A DNA stretch of 63,594 bases, filler included, from Klebsormidium nitens (lineage: Eukaryota > Plantae > Klebsormidiophyceae): the NCBI GenBank assembly GCA_000708835.1. It is 10 parts of 10 records of this genome, joined end to end, with 100 filler letters (N's around TTAATTAATTAA, not from the genome) between each part and the next. Parts side by side here need not be neighbours in the genome. Positions count along the whole stretch, not along the records: positions 38,134 to 57,650 come from DF237038.1; positions 57,751 to 60,897 come from DF238605.1; 8 more parts are not named here. One strand, given 5' to 3'. The notes under the pieces were generated by a model. That model did no database searches. It saw only the letters and a program-made list of their open reading frames with translations, and was not told the origin of the DNA. A program made the position numbers and the translations under genes. The first letter of the stretch is position 1. The number at the start of each line of letters is the position of its first letter. Of this stretch, positions 45,166 through 57,977 are shown piece by piece.

Positions 45166-47243
45166 AGAGCGGCCGGGTCGCGCTACTTGTCTATGTCCAC
45201 TGAATCACCGAGGTCTTTCCCACGCTGCTACTCCGTGCCTCTGCTGGTAAGTTACCGTCCTTGTCGTCAGAATCTTATCCAGTTTATACTGGATGTTTTC
45301 AATGAGAGGTTTACAGAAGGATGAGGCTTCAGATTCGTTGAATGACAACTTCATCTGGAAAAGCTTGCTTACATCTCTACTATTTGGGACTGATTGTCCG
45401 TCAGCAAGGGTCTGCTGGCCCCACCACGCCTCAGCTTCGAAAAAGGCCAGATTTGTCCAAGTGCAACGTCACAGTTGAAAATCTTAATTGGTCTCGAGCA
45501 CAGTCGTTACAAGTATTTGTGAACCCGAGTCGATGAGAAACCACACCATTCAAAGTCTGCCAGAAAGAATTTTTTGTGTCATCCTCAAAATTGAATTGAT
45601 GGAGTTCCTCATGGATGCCTGCCTTTTTCTGCAGGTTATATCAGCCACACTAGACGCAAGAATGTATTGAACTAGCCTGCAAAGAGCATCAACAACAGGT
45701 TCTTTTGATTTTGCATTTTCGCAAGCCTTTCTATTTGATGAGGAGCCAAAAAGGTTTCGAGACCGATCTGATGTAACTTGCGTGTGATTGGCAGCCACGA
45801 ACTGGGGATCGCTTCGGCTTTCTTAGGATTGCTTCTCTGTACTAGCTAAGTATAGCGGCTACTGAGCTGATCTTCGGAGTGGGCGGGGAGAGTCGAAAGA
45901 TAGCTGTCAGGACATGATCGAAGATTGAGCCAATTCCTGAGCTAGTCTGGGCTATATGACTCAGCCACAACTCGGGCCTCTGTGATATACCGGTCCAGGC
46001 TCGAAGCTTCTCAATGATCGAGTGTTGCAATTGCTTAGCTAAACGTTTGGCCGCTTATATCCACCACATTCCTGATTGCATTTCAGCAATGGAACGAGCA
46101 TATGATTGATCAGGCAATGTTTATAAGGGGCGCGCTGGCGCGTAGCTCACTGAGACGATCGAATTACCGTCTGTTAACTGATGATCACAGGAAAGAGAGC
46201 GTCAAATGCGAGCAGATGTGCGGGCCGGTAGGTTTGCCCTGATATATCTAAAGTTGACAAGGCCAAGGGACGAACTTGAATAACAGACAGCGTGCGTATC
46301 GCAGGCCTGCGCAGAAGGAAGATGGTAATTAGGCTTAAAGATTGGCGTTAGCAACAATGTCTGCCAACTTGTCATAAGTGGCGCTGGCCCGCATGGACAG
46401 TTGTATGATGCGGAAGATCGTGTAACAGGATCCGCGGCCAGAGTCTCTGCCAAACACGACTTGGCGCCTGGTTTCGAAGATCAGACGCATCCATGTATAT
46501 GAATATGCCCTAGGGAATATGCATAGTTGAAGAGTGCCAGGCAGTTAAATCATTGAAGCAGATCTTCACCATCTGTATAGCTGGCGAATCCCGTCGGTGG
46601 TGCAGCAAAATAGGCTCTAGTCTCGGTGCGGCGCACCAAGTTCGAACCAAAATGCAGTATTAATCGCGCTCAACTGAGATACAAATCAGGCGGCAGCAGC
46701 TGCTATCGGTGCAATCGAGGATGTGCTGAAGGCACAACCATGCACACGCTTCCCTTGGAGACAGTCAACGCCACTCAGTGACGCCGTCGCCATCGTCCGC
46801 CATCGTCATCTTCCAGCTCATGTCGGGAGTCTTTCCGAACCGAGCTTCACTGCATGCCACTTTTTTCGGGTTAAGGGGGGGTTGTGGGGCTCGCGGTTCC
46901 TCAAACCGTCGTTGGTTTGCTTGAACAGTCCAAGGTTATGGCAATTATTTAGGCTCTCGAAGTAGTCAGGTACTCGATCTGGGTTATATTGTACCTACTT
47001 TATTGACTCAAAGCGCGAGTCTTGACCTACCTAGGTACTATGAGATCTCAACTCGCTAGTGATCTGCATTGCTGCATGCAGACTGCAGTTTGCATATTTT
47101 TTTCCTTTGTTCCCTTTCTTTTGACTCTCTCTATGACGTTTTGAGGCCGAAGAAGGTTTGAAGTTGAAGAGTGAAAGCCTCTTAAAAAGTTCAAGTGTCC
47201 TGAACCTGTCGATTGCTAGGGCGCAAAAGACGCGCCAAAATCA

Positions 47244-50200
47244 ATGGGCGCCATGGAGGTAGAACGTCTGGTCCTGAAGTCGACTTTTGTCAAGGAGAGT
47301 CTGTCAAAGAGCGATGCAATGACCACGGAGATGATCAACATTCTCAGCTCGTTTGACGAGCAATTGTCCTCTCTTGAAGCAGCAATGCGGCCAACGCAGG
47401 TAAGTGTCAAAGATACTTGCTCAGCTGGACAAGGTCAGGGCCTAAAAAGGATTGTAATGCTTGACAGCTCCTGGAATGCTTCTTTGACGCATTAAGGAAC
47501 GAACTATGAGTGAAGTGGATTGCTACTGTTGGAAATGTATGATCACTGTCCTCAAATGCTTTAGGGTTCTGAATGTTAGGAAGCTGCCTCTCGCCTTCCT
47601 TCTTCAACGTATTGAAGGAGGGAGACCTTTCTAGGGATTGAAATTCCACAGAGTAGTGCATATTAACACTGTAAGTGAAAGAGGTGGGGCTGGGATAGAA
47701 TTCAAAGTTTTGTAGAGTTTGTAAAGCTTGCAAACTAGGCATGTGAGGTTGCACCAGAGTTTTCTCTGTCTAGAACTTTCACTTGGTACATGCATCTTTC
47801 TCTGCCCTGCTCGCAGTGATTACCTGGGGCTGCCTGCTCCTGAACACGCCCTCTGCACATGCCTGGGCTTGATTTAAGGATCAAAGTTGATTAACTGATC
47901 AGTCTAATATGACTCAATTTCTGATTGACTTTGTGCCACCTGCATTGAAGCAGACTTGGAACTGGAGGCCTCAAGACTACTGCTTCCCTGCCCCAGCACA
48001 GATTGACTGGAAACCGGTTTGAAACTAGCAAATAGTTTCTGACGGGGGAGGCTACTCTGACTTTACTATTCATTCTGTCATCATGACAGGTGTACGCCGT
48101 ACTACTTGACAATCACGTCAATGAATGATGACTTTTGATATCCACTTGGAATGTCCAAGTCAAAATCCTCAACATGTCAGTTATATCTCACGTCATTGAT
48201 CGCATACCTTGAGTATGCGTACCTTGTAACGCCCTGTTCCAAGATTCCTACCCACCACCTTTCTGCAGATTCGCACACACGCCCTTACCAAGGCGCACCA
48301 GAACATCGACAGCACCCTGCACGCAGCAGAGTCCGTTCTGGCGCAGTTTGACGTCTCCCGCCAGGTCGAACCCCGCCTTCTCGAGGGCCCTCGCGGCGAT
48401 TTTGACGGCTACTTTGCGGCGGTCGATCAGTTGCAGACGGCTGTGGACTTCTTCACGCAGAACCGGAGTTACAAGAGCAGCGACGCTGCGTTGCACCATG
48501 CGAAAGGGCTGTTGAACAAGGCGCTGGGCAAACTAGAGGAGGAGTTCCGGCGCATGCTCGCGGCCAACAGGTTGGGGTTCCTTATTGCTTTTCGCCTCAC
48601 CTGATCGCCACTGTCTACAGCTTGTGAGGTTAACCGGAGGCTTGGCTGGTGTAGAGTGCAGGTCTGACTTCCAGTGCAGTAGGTGGCGGGCTGTCGGTCC
48701 CATGTTGGCCTTCTCGGATGAAACATGTGCAACAATGAGCGACTGGTGGCTGTGCCTGATGCATCGTTACGAAAGGAGCACAGAAAGGATGCTGCTATAA
48801 GTCTGTTTTGGATGCCATATTTCGAACTGCCTGCCGTACTTTCTCTCCAAGCAATTCTTTGCATCTGAGGCCCATCACAGCAATCCCGATTGTTTGCAAA
48901 ACGTTTTCACATTTTAAGACGTTCCACCGCACTTGTTCCATGGTACGCATTTCGTCAGTACTTCTCGAGAGAAGTTGTTAGAAGGGACAACACTGGTAGT
49001 TTCGACTTCTGCCCATTCTTTCTGTTCCGCTCCGCTTGGTCTGTGGCAGTACATCCGCAGGCTCGACTCCCATAAGTGGCATGCTTTCTGGCATTACGCC
49101 ATTCTAACTCTGATCCTTTGTAAGCTAAATCTCCGTTTCAATTCCCCCTAAGTTTGCGGTCAGCAGGTGGCAGGGATTGGCAAATCACTCTGGCGGGCTT
49201 GACTCACCAGGTGGAACTTTTCCCTTACAGAAACGCGTCAGGACGTCCTCCTTCGCTGGTTTGCAATCTAGCAAAAGTGGCCCGGACCTTCTTGCGAAGC
49301 GCCAGAGACTTGAGCTCCTTGAAACCCAGAGGAGGTCAAGAGACAAGCAGAAAAAGCTTCGACCTCGCTGCTTGCTTATACCCCTTTGTTCCACTTTCCC
49401 CTTGCCCGTTGCAGCAAGTCGCAGGACCCCGCCGCCCTCTTCGCGATGCTTCCCGAGAAGTACAAGCCCACACCCGCCGCCTCCAGCTCCGACACCATCG
49501 GCTCCGCCACCTCACGGAAACCCCCCCCTGAACCGCAGCCCCCCACCCCCCCGAAACGATCGAAACTCTCCAACTCCTGCCCGCAAACGTCATTCCGCAA
49601 TTGCACGGAATGGCGAAGCAGCTCCTGGCGGGGGGCTTCTCGCAGCAGTGTACGAAGGGCTACAAAGACGTGCGGGGCGCGACGATTCTGCAGAGCCTGA
49701 AGCGGCTGGGATTAGAGAAGTTGACGCGGGAAGAGGTGCAGAAGATGCAGTGGGAGGTGCTCGAGACGAAGATTGGGAGCTGGATCCAGTACCTGCGGAT
49801 CGCCGTCAAGCTGCTGCTAGCGAGCGAGAGGAAACTGTGCGACCAGGTACGCCGACTTCTGTCGGCTCGTTTTCACGCCTCTTCCCCGCTCTAGTTCCTT
49901 ACAAGCTGCTGCTCGTTTCCAAGAAAGGAAGGTGGGCGACAGTCTGTAGGAATCTCGCTGTATCGGGCGATCGAGAGTGTGTACTTTCCAACCTCAATCC
50001 TGCTTGAAACTTCGGCTGTTCCGAGCGACTTTGTTGTTCGGCACATCTTCCTCCTTTGCTTTCGTTGTGTTACGGTGCTCTGTTGCGCTTGTGTCTGGGC
50101 CTGCTTCCGACTCTTTTGTCCTGCTCTGTTCACACTTCCCATTATAATCTTTACATTCTTCTCAGACTTATTCCAGACTTATCTGTCCATTTCTCAATTC

Positions 50201-53200
50201 TCCATGCGTGACGTTCTTCTGCGGCAATATTTTCCCCATGCAAGATATACTACCCTTCAGCTCATCCAGACGTGGTGACGGTACTCTCTGGTCTTCCCAG
50301 GTGTTCTACCGGCTCGACCCCGACCGTACCGCGGTGTTCTGCGAGGTCGCTGCCGAGTCGATGGCCACGCTGCTCAGCTTCGGGGACTCCGTCGCCAAGA
50401 GCAAAAAGTCGCCCGAGAAACTCTTCGTTCTGCTCGACATGTACGAAACGCTGCGGGACCTCATGCCGGACGTAAGCTTCCCTTGTACCTTCTTCTCTGA
50501 TGCTCCCTTCATGTCTGTAGATCAGTTTGATTTGCGGATTAGCAGAGGTTCCTCCGTTATGTCGTTCTTGCCTTATCATTTTGTCTTACAGGAGATCCAC
50601 ATCGTTTCAAAAAACTTGCGTCAGCAAAGTAACTTTTCAAGAAGCGGAATGGACACAAGTACCCTCTCCTATTCTCGCTCTTGCTGGGTTTAAGGAGTAA
50701 TTATCATTTTTACCGGGTGAGGCGATTGCAATAGAAAAGCGACGCGGCTGGTGGAGTGCCAAACGAGAATTAAGCGTTGTCAATCGTTACCTCGTTGTTG
50801 CTGAAGTTTTCCTGGCAATGCGTCAGGTGGACGTCAACTTTGCCGGGGAGGTGGCCCGACGATTCCTGAGGCGGCCAAGGGGCTGCTGAAGCGCACTTCT
50901 AGGGACTAGATCGTAATTGTTACAAGTGTTACCGACTTGTCCACTCCGTCTATCTACTTCCGTCCTTGCTGACGTGATTCTTTGTCAGGTTGACGTCACG
51001 TTTGCTGGTGAGGCGTGCGCGACGATCCGCGAGGCGGCCAAGGGCCTGCTGAAGCGCGTCGCGGAGACGGCGCTCGGGACTTTCGCTGAGTTCGAGGAGG
51101 CGGTCGACAAGGACGTCAGCAAGCACTCGGTGACGGACGGGACGGTGCACCCGCTGACCAGCTACGTCATCAATTACGTCAAGTACCTGCTCGAGTGAGA
51201 AGCGGGCCACTGCCAACAACTTGAGCACAGTCCCGCTTCGTGGTTGGGAGGATGGAAATGTCGGAAACATACTTTGGGTGAAAGGACGGGGTAAATGTCG
51301 ATAATTACGCAAGATGGGAAGGGGTTTGCTTGGTCCGGAACTTTTTGCGTGAAACATCTGTTTGTGGGAGAATGTATCTATGTGAATCACGGGCGTCTAT
51401 TATCAACCTAAGGTGGTGTGCTTCTACATAATACTTTCTGAAGAAATGTTTTTGGGCGGAGTCTTGAATGGTTTTTCTTCGGAACAGCATGTCATCCTTG
51501 ATACCTTGGAAATCGCAGCTCTCCAGGGTTAGCCCAGCGAGGGCTGGCAGAGCGTACGGAACCATGGCCTTGAGTCTTCTAATAACCTGGCTCGCGACGC
51601 TGCACTGCAGAGTTTCAGGCTTGGTTCTTTAGCGTGGTGCGAATTGGAGTCGCAGTTGGTCTTTACAAGGCGCCCCCTCGGAACTTTCCATAATCTTTGG
51701 CCGATCCTCCTTCGATTGTTGTTTACTGAAGCCGCTAACGCAAACAGACTCATGGCCTAACGAGAATCAACATTTCTTGCATAGCTTGCTCACGCATCGG
51801 TTTTTTTCGCCTTCTTCGCGCGACCAGGCGATGCAGATGGAGTTGTTCCGAGAGGGCGACTTCTGACTGCTTGCAACCTCTTCAAGTCACCACGGCAGAT
51901 GTGGCGTTTTGGTCCCTCCTTGCATACCCCGCTCATCACTTTCGCTCCCTTCTCCGCAGATATCAAGAGGCGCTGAAGGATATCTTCCGGGGAGGGCGAC
52001 TTCTTGATGCTTCCACCAACGCAATGATATCCGTAGCTTTTCATTCCGTTTCGGATACCTTGCTCACCACGTTCGCTCCGTTCTTTGCAGCTACCAGGCG
52101 ACGCTCAAGGAGCTGATCCGACTTCAAGAAGCAGGCGACCCAGCTTGCGGTCTACCAACGCAACGATTCTCTCAATCTTTCAAATGCAACTTTCCTTCTT
52201 GGATACCCCGCTCACCCATCGCGTTTGCTCTTTCCTTTCGCAGCTACCAGGCGACGCCGAAGGATTTTGGCTGACTCAATTTTGTCCTTTTTCCCAACAA
52301 CGCTACGAACGGACCCATACTCATATCCTGAGATGCAATGATCTGTCCAATCGCTTGCTCACCCGTCGCTTTCACCCGCTTTCTGCGCAGCTACCAGGCG
52401 ACGCTGAAGGAGCTGTTCCGGGAGGGCGACGTGGAGAAGCAGGCGACCCAGCTGGCGGTCGCCACAACGCGCATCATGGGGGTCCTGCAGCAAAACCTGG
52501 ACGGCAAGTCCAAGGTGTACAAGAACCCCGCGCTCACGCAGCTCTTCATGATGAACAACATGCACTACATGGTGCGGTCCGTCAAGAGGTGAGCCGCTCG
52601 ACTATCCGTCTAGTCTCCCTCTATCTGTAGTTGTATATTCATTACGTTTGGCGTTTGTCTTTTTGGTCAGATTTGCTCTGGCTCTGCAATGGCTGTACTC
52701 ACGCAGCTCCTTATGATGAACAACATGCACTACATGGTTCGGTCCGTTAAGAGGTGAGCCGTCGTGCGCAATGCGTTAAATTCCTCTTGAATTGGAATAT
52801 CTTCACTGCTTGGCGTTTGTCTGTTTGGTCAGGATTGCCCTTGCTGCATAATTTGCACGCCCAGCCGCTTTTCATGGTTAACATGATGGACAGCATGCAC
52901 TACTTAGTGTTCTTCGTTCACGGACAGGTCCAGGGCTATTGAACAGTGACTGTGTGCAGCGACCAGATTGTCAACTTTTTATTATGTACGGTCGGGATTT
53001 CAGCGCTTATTGGCACCGGACTGCTTTTGGACAGGTCTGACGCGTGGAAGCTGCTGTGCAACGACTGGAGGCAGCAGTCAGCTCGTCGTTTTGCTTTGAA
53101 AACCACGTAGTGCCCGAATCTGAACAGGCATTGACATCGGACGCTTTTCGGACAGGTCCAAGGCGCGCAACTTATTAGGCGACTCCTGAGTGCAGCAAAT

Positions 53201-54675
53201 GCATCATCGCTCTGCTCTCAATACCACGTTCTTTACGAATCTCAGCGAGGCATTGAGATTCGGATACGTTTGGTTTGCGAGCCGCTGGGGCGACTACTGG
53301 CAGTGGATAGATCGTCGAACTGCTCTGATCCCAGGGGGGCATCAGTCCCGGGCGCAACTGCATCTTTTCATGACGAACTACCTGAACTTCAAAGTTCCTA
53401 AACCCCGACGATTTCCGGACAGGTCCGAGGCGCGCGAGCTATTAGGCGACGACTGGGTGCAGCGGCACCGGCGTACCGTGCAGCAGCACGCGACGGCGTA
53501 CCAACGGTCGTCCTGGGGCAAGGTCACGACGCTGCTGACTGGACAAGGGCTGCAGGCGGGCGGGCAAGAGGGGGCGGTCAACCGGCAAGCGGTCAAAGAC
53601 CGGTACGTACCTTTTCTGATGGGGGCTGGTGGTTTGGTCTCTTTACTGATGCTTGTTTGTGAGGGTAAGAAGGGCAGATCGACCGGCAAGCGGTCAAAGA
53701 CTGGTAGTACCTCTTCTGATGGGTTTTGGTAATTTGATCCCTTCCTGATGCCTCTTTGTGAGCGGGGGAGGGGCGGGTCGTAGACAAGCGGTCAAAGACT
53801 GGTATGCACCGGTCCACATTCCCAGTTCTGATTCCCTTTGGGGTTTCGCTGCCGTTCTCGAATCTTTTCCAGCAAAACGCCGGAGGTTTAGTCAGCCTGC
53901 AAGCCGTCAAGATCGGGTATGTACTAGGAATCCATCGTTTGACGCATCCAGGGTCAGTTCTGGCCAGAGTCAATCTTTGTGACGCTCGCTAGGAGGGAGC
54001 TATTCCAGAAGTGTTGACCAGGCAGCGGTCAAGGAACATTTTCTACATCTCGCGCCTATATTTGGACGGTTCTCGCTTTCGGCGGGTCTTGTGCTGCGAT
54101 TGAACGCTATCCGTTCGAAGGGCCAGGGGCGGTCAGATTGTCAGTGGTAAAGCGTCGGCCCGCTCACGCAATTGTTGTGACGCTTCTAAGAACCGAATCT
54201 GCCGTGAGTTTGCATTTGCTGCACAAGTCGGCAAGGCTCCTTTGGACCCTTTCCGGGGCGCTTTTAGGAGGCGATGAGTGTGTTTTGTACGCCCTTTGTT
54301 GTGGCTGTAGACCCTACGAAAGTTGACATTCGGGCTTAGCACTCTCTGTAATTGACTTGGCAAAGCTTGAGGAGATGATTTCTGTGAGATTAGCAAGCGA
54401 CGTTGGTATTTACTGTTTGCAGGTTCAAGGCCTTCAACACAAGCTTCGAGGAGCTATACGCAAGCCAAACCCAGTGGGTCATCCCCGACCCGGAGCTACG
54501 AGAAGCGGTTCGGTTGCAAGTTGCGGAGGTTCTGCTTCCCGCATACCGGTCGTTCTTGAAGCGGTATGGATCAATTCTCGAAGGGGGAAAGAATCCTGGA
54601 AAGTACATCAAGTATGCTCCAGAGGACCTAGAGCGAATGCTAGGCGACTTTTTTGAGGGAGGAAACCGAAGGTAA
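47244..54675 (+). CDS. EXO70: Exocyst subunit EXO70, 8 exons
   Basis: Exons 47244-47399, 48269-48570, 49415-49846 (frameshift in poly-C at ~49520-49552), 50301-50471, 50989-51194, 52391-52588, 53423-53602, 54423-54675. Motifs [70 protein letters not shown]. Confidence 0.97.
50821..54035 (+). repeat. Tandem degenerate copies of EXO70 exon-intron junctions inside introns 4-7
   Basis: Copies of the exon 5 start (50827), exon 6 start (~51821, 51960, 52091, 52244), exon 6 end (~52700, 52860), exon 7 start (~53036, 53157) and exon 7 end (~53680, 53780, 53895, 54015). Confidence 0.85.
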
Positions 54676-55757
54676 CTCCTTCTTGTCCGTCAAGTATCAA
54701 GATCCAACGTATTCTTGAGCTGGGGATTGCTTGTGAAGCGCCGTAACTTCTCCTGTAGTACGTACAGATTCTTTCAACAGTCAGCAGAGAATCTCTTCCT
54801 TAATAAGTGTACCGTTGTGCATGCTGATCTCTCGGCACTCGTAAATACTTCTTGCCTCATGTAGGCCATACTTGGCCAAGTCAGCGGTGGATTTCTTGAC
54901 CGTGAAGAAGAGCCGAATTGCATAGTTGCTGGGTTCGATCAACAATAATCCGGATGAGGAGGATCCTAGCTTGACGACTGTCCAGGCGGCTGGTCGAGCC
55001 ATGGAGCATTTCAAACACATTTGTGCCTTGGGAAACAGCTAGGCGGCAGCTCTCGATCGCTGACCATATGGTTGACCAGTATCTTTGAGAAGTCTGGCCG
55101 CTTATACTGTCGTCATGTCAACAAGGATTTGGGACATGGATCGATTGGCCCTCCGTGACTTTACAAACTTGGGCCCGTACCGCTTTAAGGCTTCTTTCAG
55201 TTATGATAAGCATAAGTTATGCGGTCATGCCATGCATGTTAGTTGCAAGCACAAAGCATATGCGTCATAATGTATTCCTGTACTGTACTATCCGGGCTTG
55301 ATGATTACATACATGGCGCTGCTTGAATCAATTGAACTCATTCGAGATCCCGTTAAACACAATGTATATGCTCTGGCATGCATTCCACATGCACGTTTGC
55401 AGATCTCCGACATGGCATAACAGACAATACCATAACTCCGAATCCATGTTTCAGCCGCCGACGTCGTGTGGAAGCCATTTGGTACAACCTGCTTGTAAGC
55501 CAAAATTATTCTCGGACATTGTCCATGATCAAGTTTCAATTGAGTAAGTTGCGTGATCCATCTCATATTGACGAGAGTCGCAGACATGAACCCAGCATCG
55601 AGGCTTTGGTGAAGCGAGTACGAGTCTTGTTGTCATTCTAACACAAGATAACCTACAATGACACTCAAGTAAGCAATCTTGTCATTCACAAGAATTGGAT
55701 CAATCATGCAGTTTTGTATTTGCTTCTCCTACATTCAAATTGGATTTCGCCTGGCTC

Positions 55758-57479
55758 TCAATCTGCTTCATACACAAGTACAATTCTTCCGGAACCACAT
55801 TGACGACTCTTTATCTTGTAGAATGGCGTCTTTACTCTATCGCACCGAGCCTGAAGCTTTGCCACCGCATCCGCTCCACCCGGAGTCCTTGCTACGGCTC
55901 TCCCAATCCCGGCATCTATGGTTGTATTCTGCAGAGCATCAAGTGCTGCTTTCCGCACCCGCTCCCTTTTGTCATTTGAAAGGCTCACCAACCATGGCAA
56001 GGCCCTTGGCACCACGGCAATGACTTCCCTGGCCATGGGATTGCTTGCGAGGTTGCATAGCACAGCTGCGACCGTTGCGAGCACATCCTCGGATCCAGAG
56101 TTCAGAACCGAAAGCAGCGCCTGCAGGCACTCTGGTCCACTGGCTATTTCCTGCAAGAGTTTCTCATCTTCCGCCATGCATTGTAATCGGAATGCCCCTA
56201 ACTCTCGTGCCTTTTCCTCGGGTCTAGAAGCCATACAGAAAACAAGCGCTTTCATAAAGCTGGGCATTCGAGCAATCAGTCTGCGAGGCCCCAAGTCCTC
56301 CGTGATCGTATCGACTTGGAACATGGCGTCCTCTACCTCGTCCAAAGTGCCCTTTTCCAGAAGACTGTTCAACACTTCTACTCGCTGAAGAAACGCTGCC
56401 GTGGCCTCCTTGCTTTGACCATCACATGCAAGCAGCCCCAGTATCTTCAGCGCAATCCTTTGCCGAAGTTGCGCCCCCAGGTCTGATTGTCCACAATACT
56501 CCAGAAGCCCCTCCACGGCAGTTCCCACCCTTGTAAGGACCTTCCGTGTGTCATCATCGTTGACAATATGGAAGAGCGTATGCCCGGCAAACCTTCGGAT
56601 GCTCTGATTGTCATGCGTCATGAGAGCAACCAACACGTCGAGGTACCCCGGCAGGTTGCTTGCAACCCTTGCGGCCCTACAGCCTACCATAAGCCCTTTC
56701 AGTTTGTCCAAGGCATGTGTCCTTGGTTCTCTTTCAATGATCATCAGCACCAGCCTCGGAGTCCTTGGCACAGGAGCCACACATTGTGTCACCCCGCTCT
56801 TGCTGTCCCACCAGAACAGGTTCGACCAAGAAGGTTCTTCAATTCCAGGACCCGTAAAGTTGAACAGGTTCATCGGCTTTTCAAATTTCTGGTTTCTCAG
56901 CAAAGGAAAGGTCTCAAGGAGAGCATTTAGAGCAGATTCGTGAACGCGGAAGCCATCTAGAAGCAAAAGCCGAAGAGATTGATAAGGTTTGAGAGGTTTC
57001 ACGAAGTCCAAATCCACCTTTGATCGAAAGAGGACAAGCTCCAACACCGCCAGCTTAGGGCATGCCTGGAGCATTGCAAAAAGCTTCTCATAATCGGCGC
57101 AGCTTGTGTCCGAGCTGGCAACTATGAAAACGTGAAGCTCCTCAAGGGTCTCTTCAGACTGAGCAACGATCGCCTCAAGACCGGTCAGGAGACGCGAAAC
57201 ATTTTCCACAACCAGCGAAACTTTCTGCAGCGAAGTTGTGGTCCGAGCAAGCATGTAGCTCCAAAAGATGCTCTCGCTCTGAAGCCCGATCACATCCCAC
57301 TCCAGGCTTGGAGATGAGCGAACCAGCGCCTGAAACCTTTTGCAAACAAGCTCCAGCTGAATCCTCTCTTGCGATTTGCTGAAGTGCAAATCGCCTGCAT
57401 CCCACATCCGCCTTTCGAGAATACTCCGCAGGAGTTCATCAGGAAGTCGGTCGAAGGGGCTTCCTCCGATAGGCTCCAT
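55758..57479 (-). CDS. Intronless F-box protein with LRR-like middle and C-terminal ARM repeats
   Basis: F-box PFDRLPDELLRSIL..LELVCKRFQALV. ARM-like repeats LDVLVALMTHDNQSIRRFAGHTLFHI, LQALLSVLNSGSEDVLATVAAVLCNLA and LPWLVSLSNDKRERVRKAALDALQN. ATG at 57479 (ORF open from 57596). Confidence 0.8.
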   Translation of the reverse strand: MEPIGGSPFDRLPDELLRSILERRMWDAGDLHFSKSQERIQLELVCKRFQALVRSSPSLEWDVIGLQSESIFWSYMLARTTTSLQKVSLVVENVSRLLTGLEAIVAQSEETLEELHVFIVASSDTSCADYEKLFAMLQACPKLAVLELVLFRSKVDLDFVKPLKPYQSLRLLLLDGFRVHESALNALLETFPLLRNQKFEKPMNLFNFTGPGIEEPSWSNLFWWDSKSGVTQCVAPVPRTPRLVLMIIEREPRTHALDKLKGLMVGCRAARVASNLPGYLDVLVALMTHDNQSIRRFAGHTLFHIVNDDDTRKVLTRVGTAVEGLLEYCGQSDLGAQLRQRIALKILGLLACDGQSKEATAAFLQRVEVLNSLLEKGTLDEVEDAMFQVDTITEDLGPRRLIARMPSFMKALVFCMASRPEEKARELGAFRLQCMAEDEKLLQEIASGPECLQALLSVLNSGSEDVLATVAAVLCNLASNPMAREVIAVVPRALPWLVSLSNDKRERVRKAALDALQNTTIDAGIGRAVARTPGGADAVAKLQARCDRVKTPFYKIKSRQCGSGRIVLVYEAD

Positions 57480-57650
57480 TCTGTTCCTAGACCCTGGATT
57501 GGACCTTGGAATATTTGGGCGCCAATTGAAGCACCCCAAAAGTGGTGACTGCTCAATGCAGCAGAGTTGGACAAGTGAAAGGGAGGCCGTGCACACACTT
57601 CTAAGTCTTCATAGCACATGATAACTTTACGAAGGGGAACAACTTAGGGG

Positions 57651-57750
57651 NNNNNNNNNNNNNNNNNNNNNNNNNNNNNNNNNNNNNNNNNNNNTTAATT
57701 AATTAANNNNNNNNNNNNNNNNNNNNNNNNNNNNNNNNNNNNNNNNNNNN
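57651..57750. other. Artificial contig-joining spacer
   Basis: N44-TTAATTAATTAA-N44. Confidence 0.98.
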
Positions 57751-57970
57751 CTTTATTACCCTCTTATTACCTTATAACACACATATACACACACATGACT
57801 GTACCCATGAAGATGCCTCAAGCACACATCTCTATTACTCTATTACTCTATTACCATTGATTATCTTAACTTGAACACGGAACCTCTTCTAAACCCCCCA
57901 TCACCACATGACAAATGTACAAACAGAATGGAACTTGAGAGGGTGGGTAACGGGTAATAGAGTAATGAGG
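57751..57970. repeat. TATTAC/GTAATA short repeats 3' of family-1 KDZ copy 2
   Basis: TTATTACC x2 (57753-57772), CTCTATTACTCTATTACTCTATTACC (~57830-57856), inverted GGTAATAGAGTAATG (~57953-57967). Confidence 0.55.
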
Positions 57971-57977
57971 CCGCACT

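Noticed and set aside
45290-46100. Possible decayed minus-strand gene between DPH4 and EXO70
   Set aside because: Short fragments with many stops and no recognisable motif; cannot assign.
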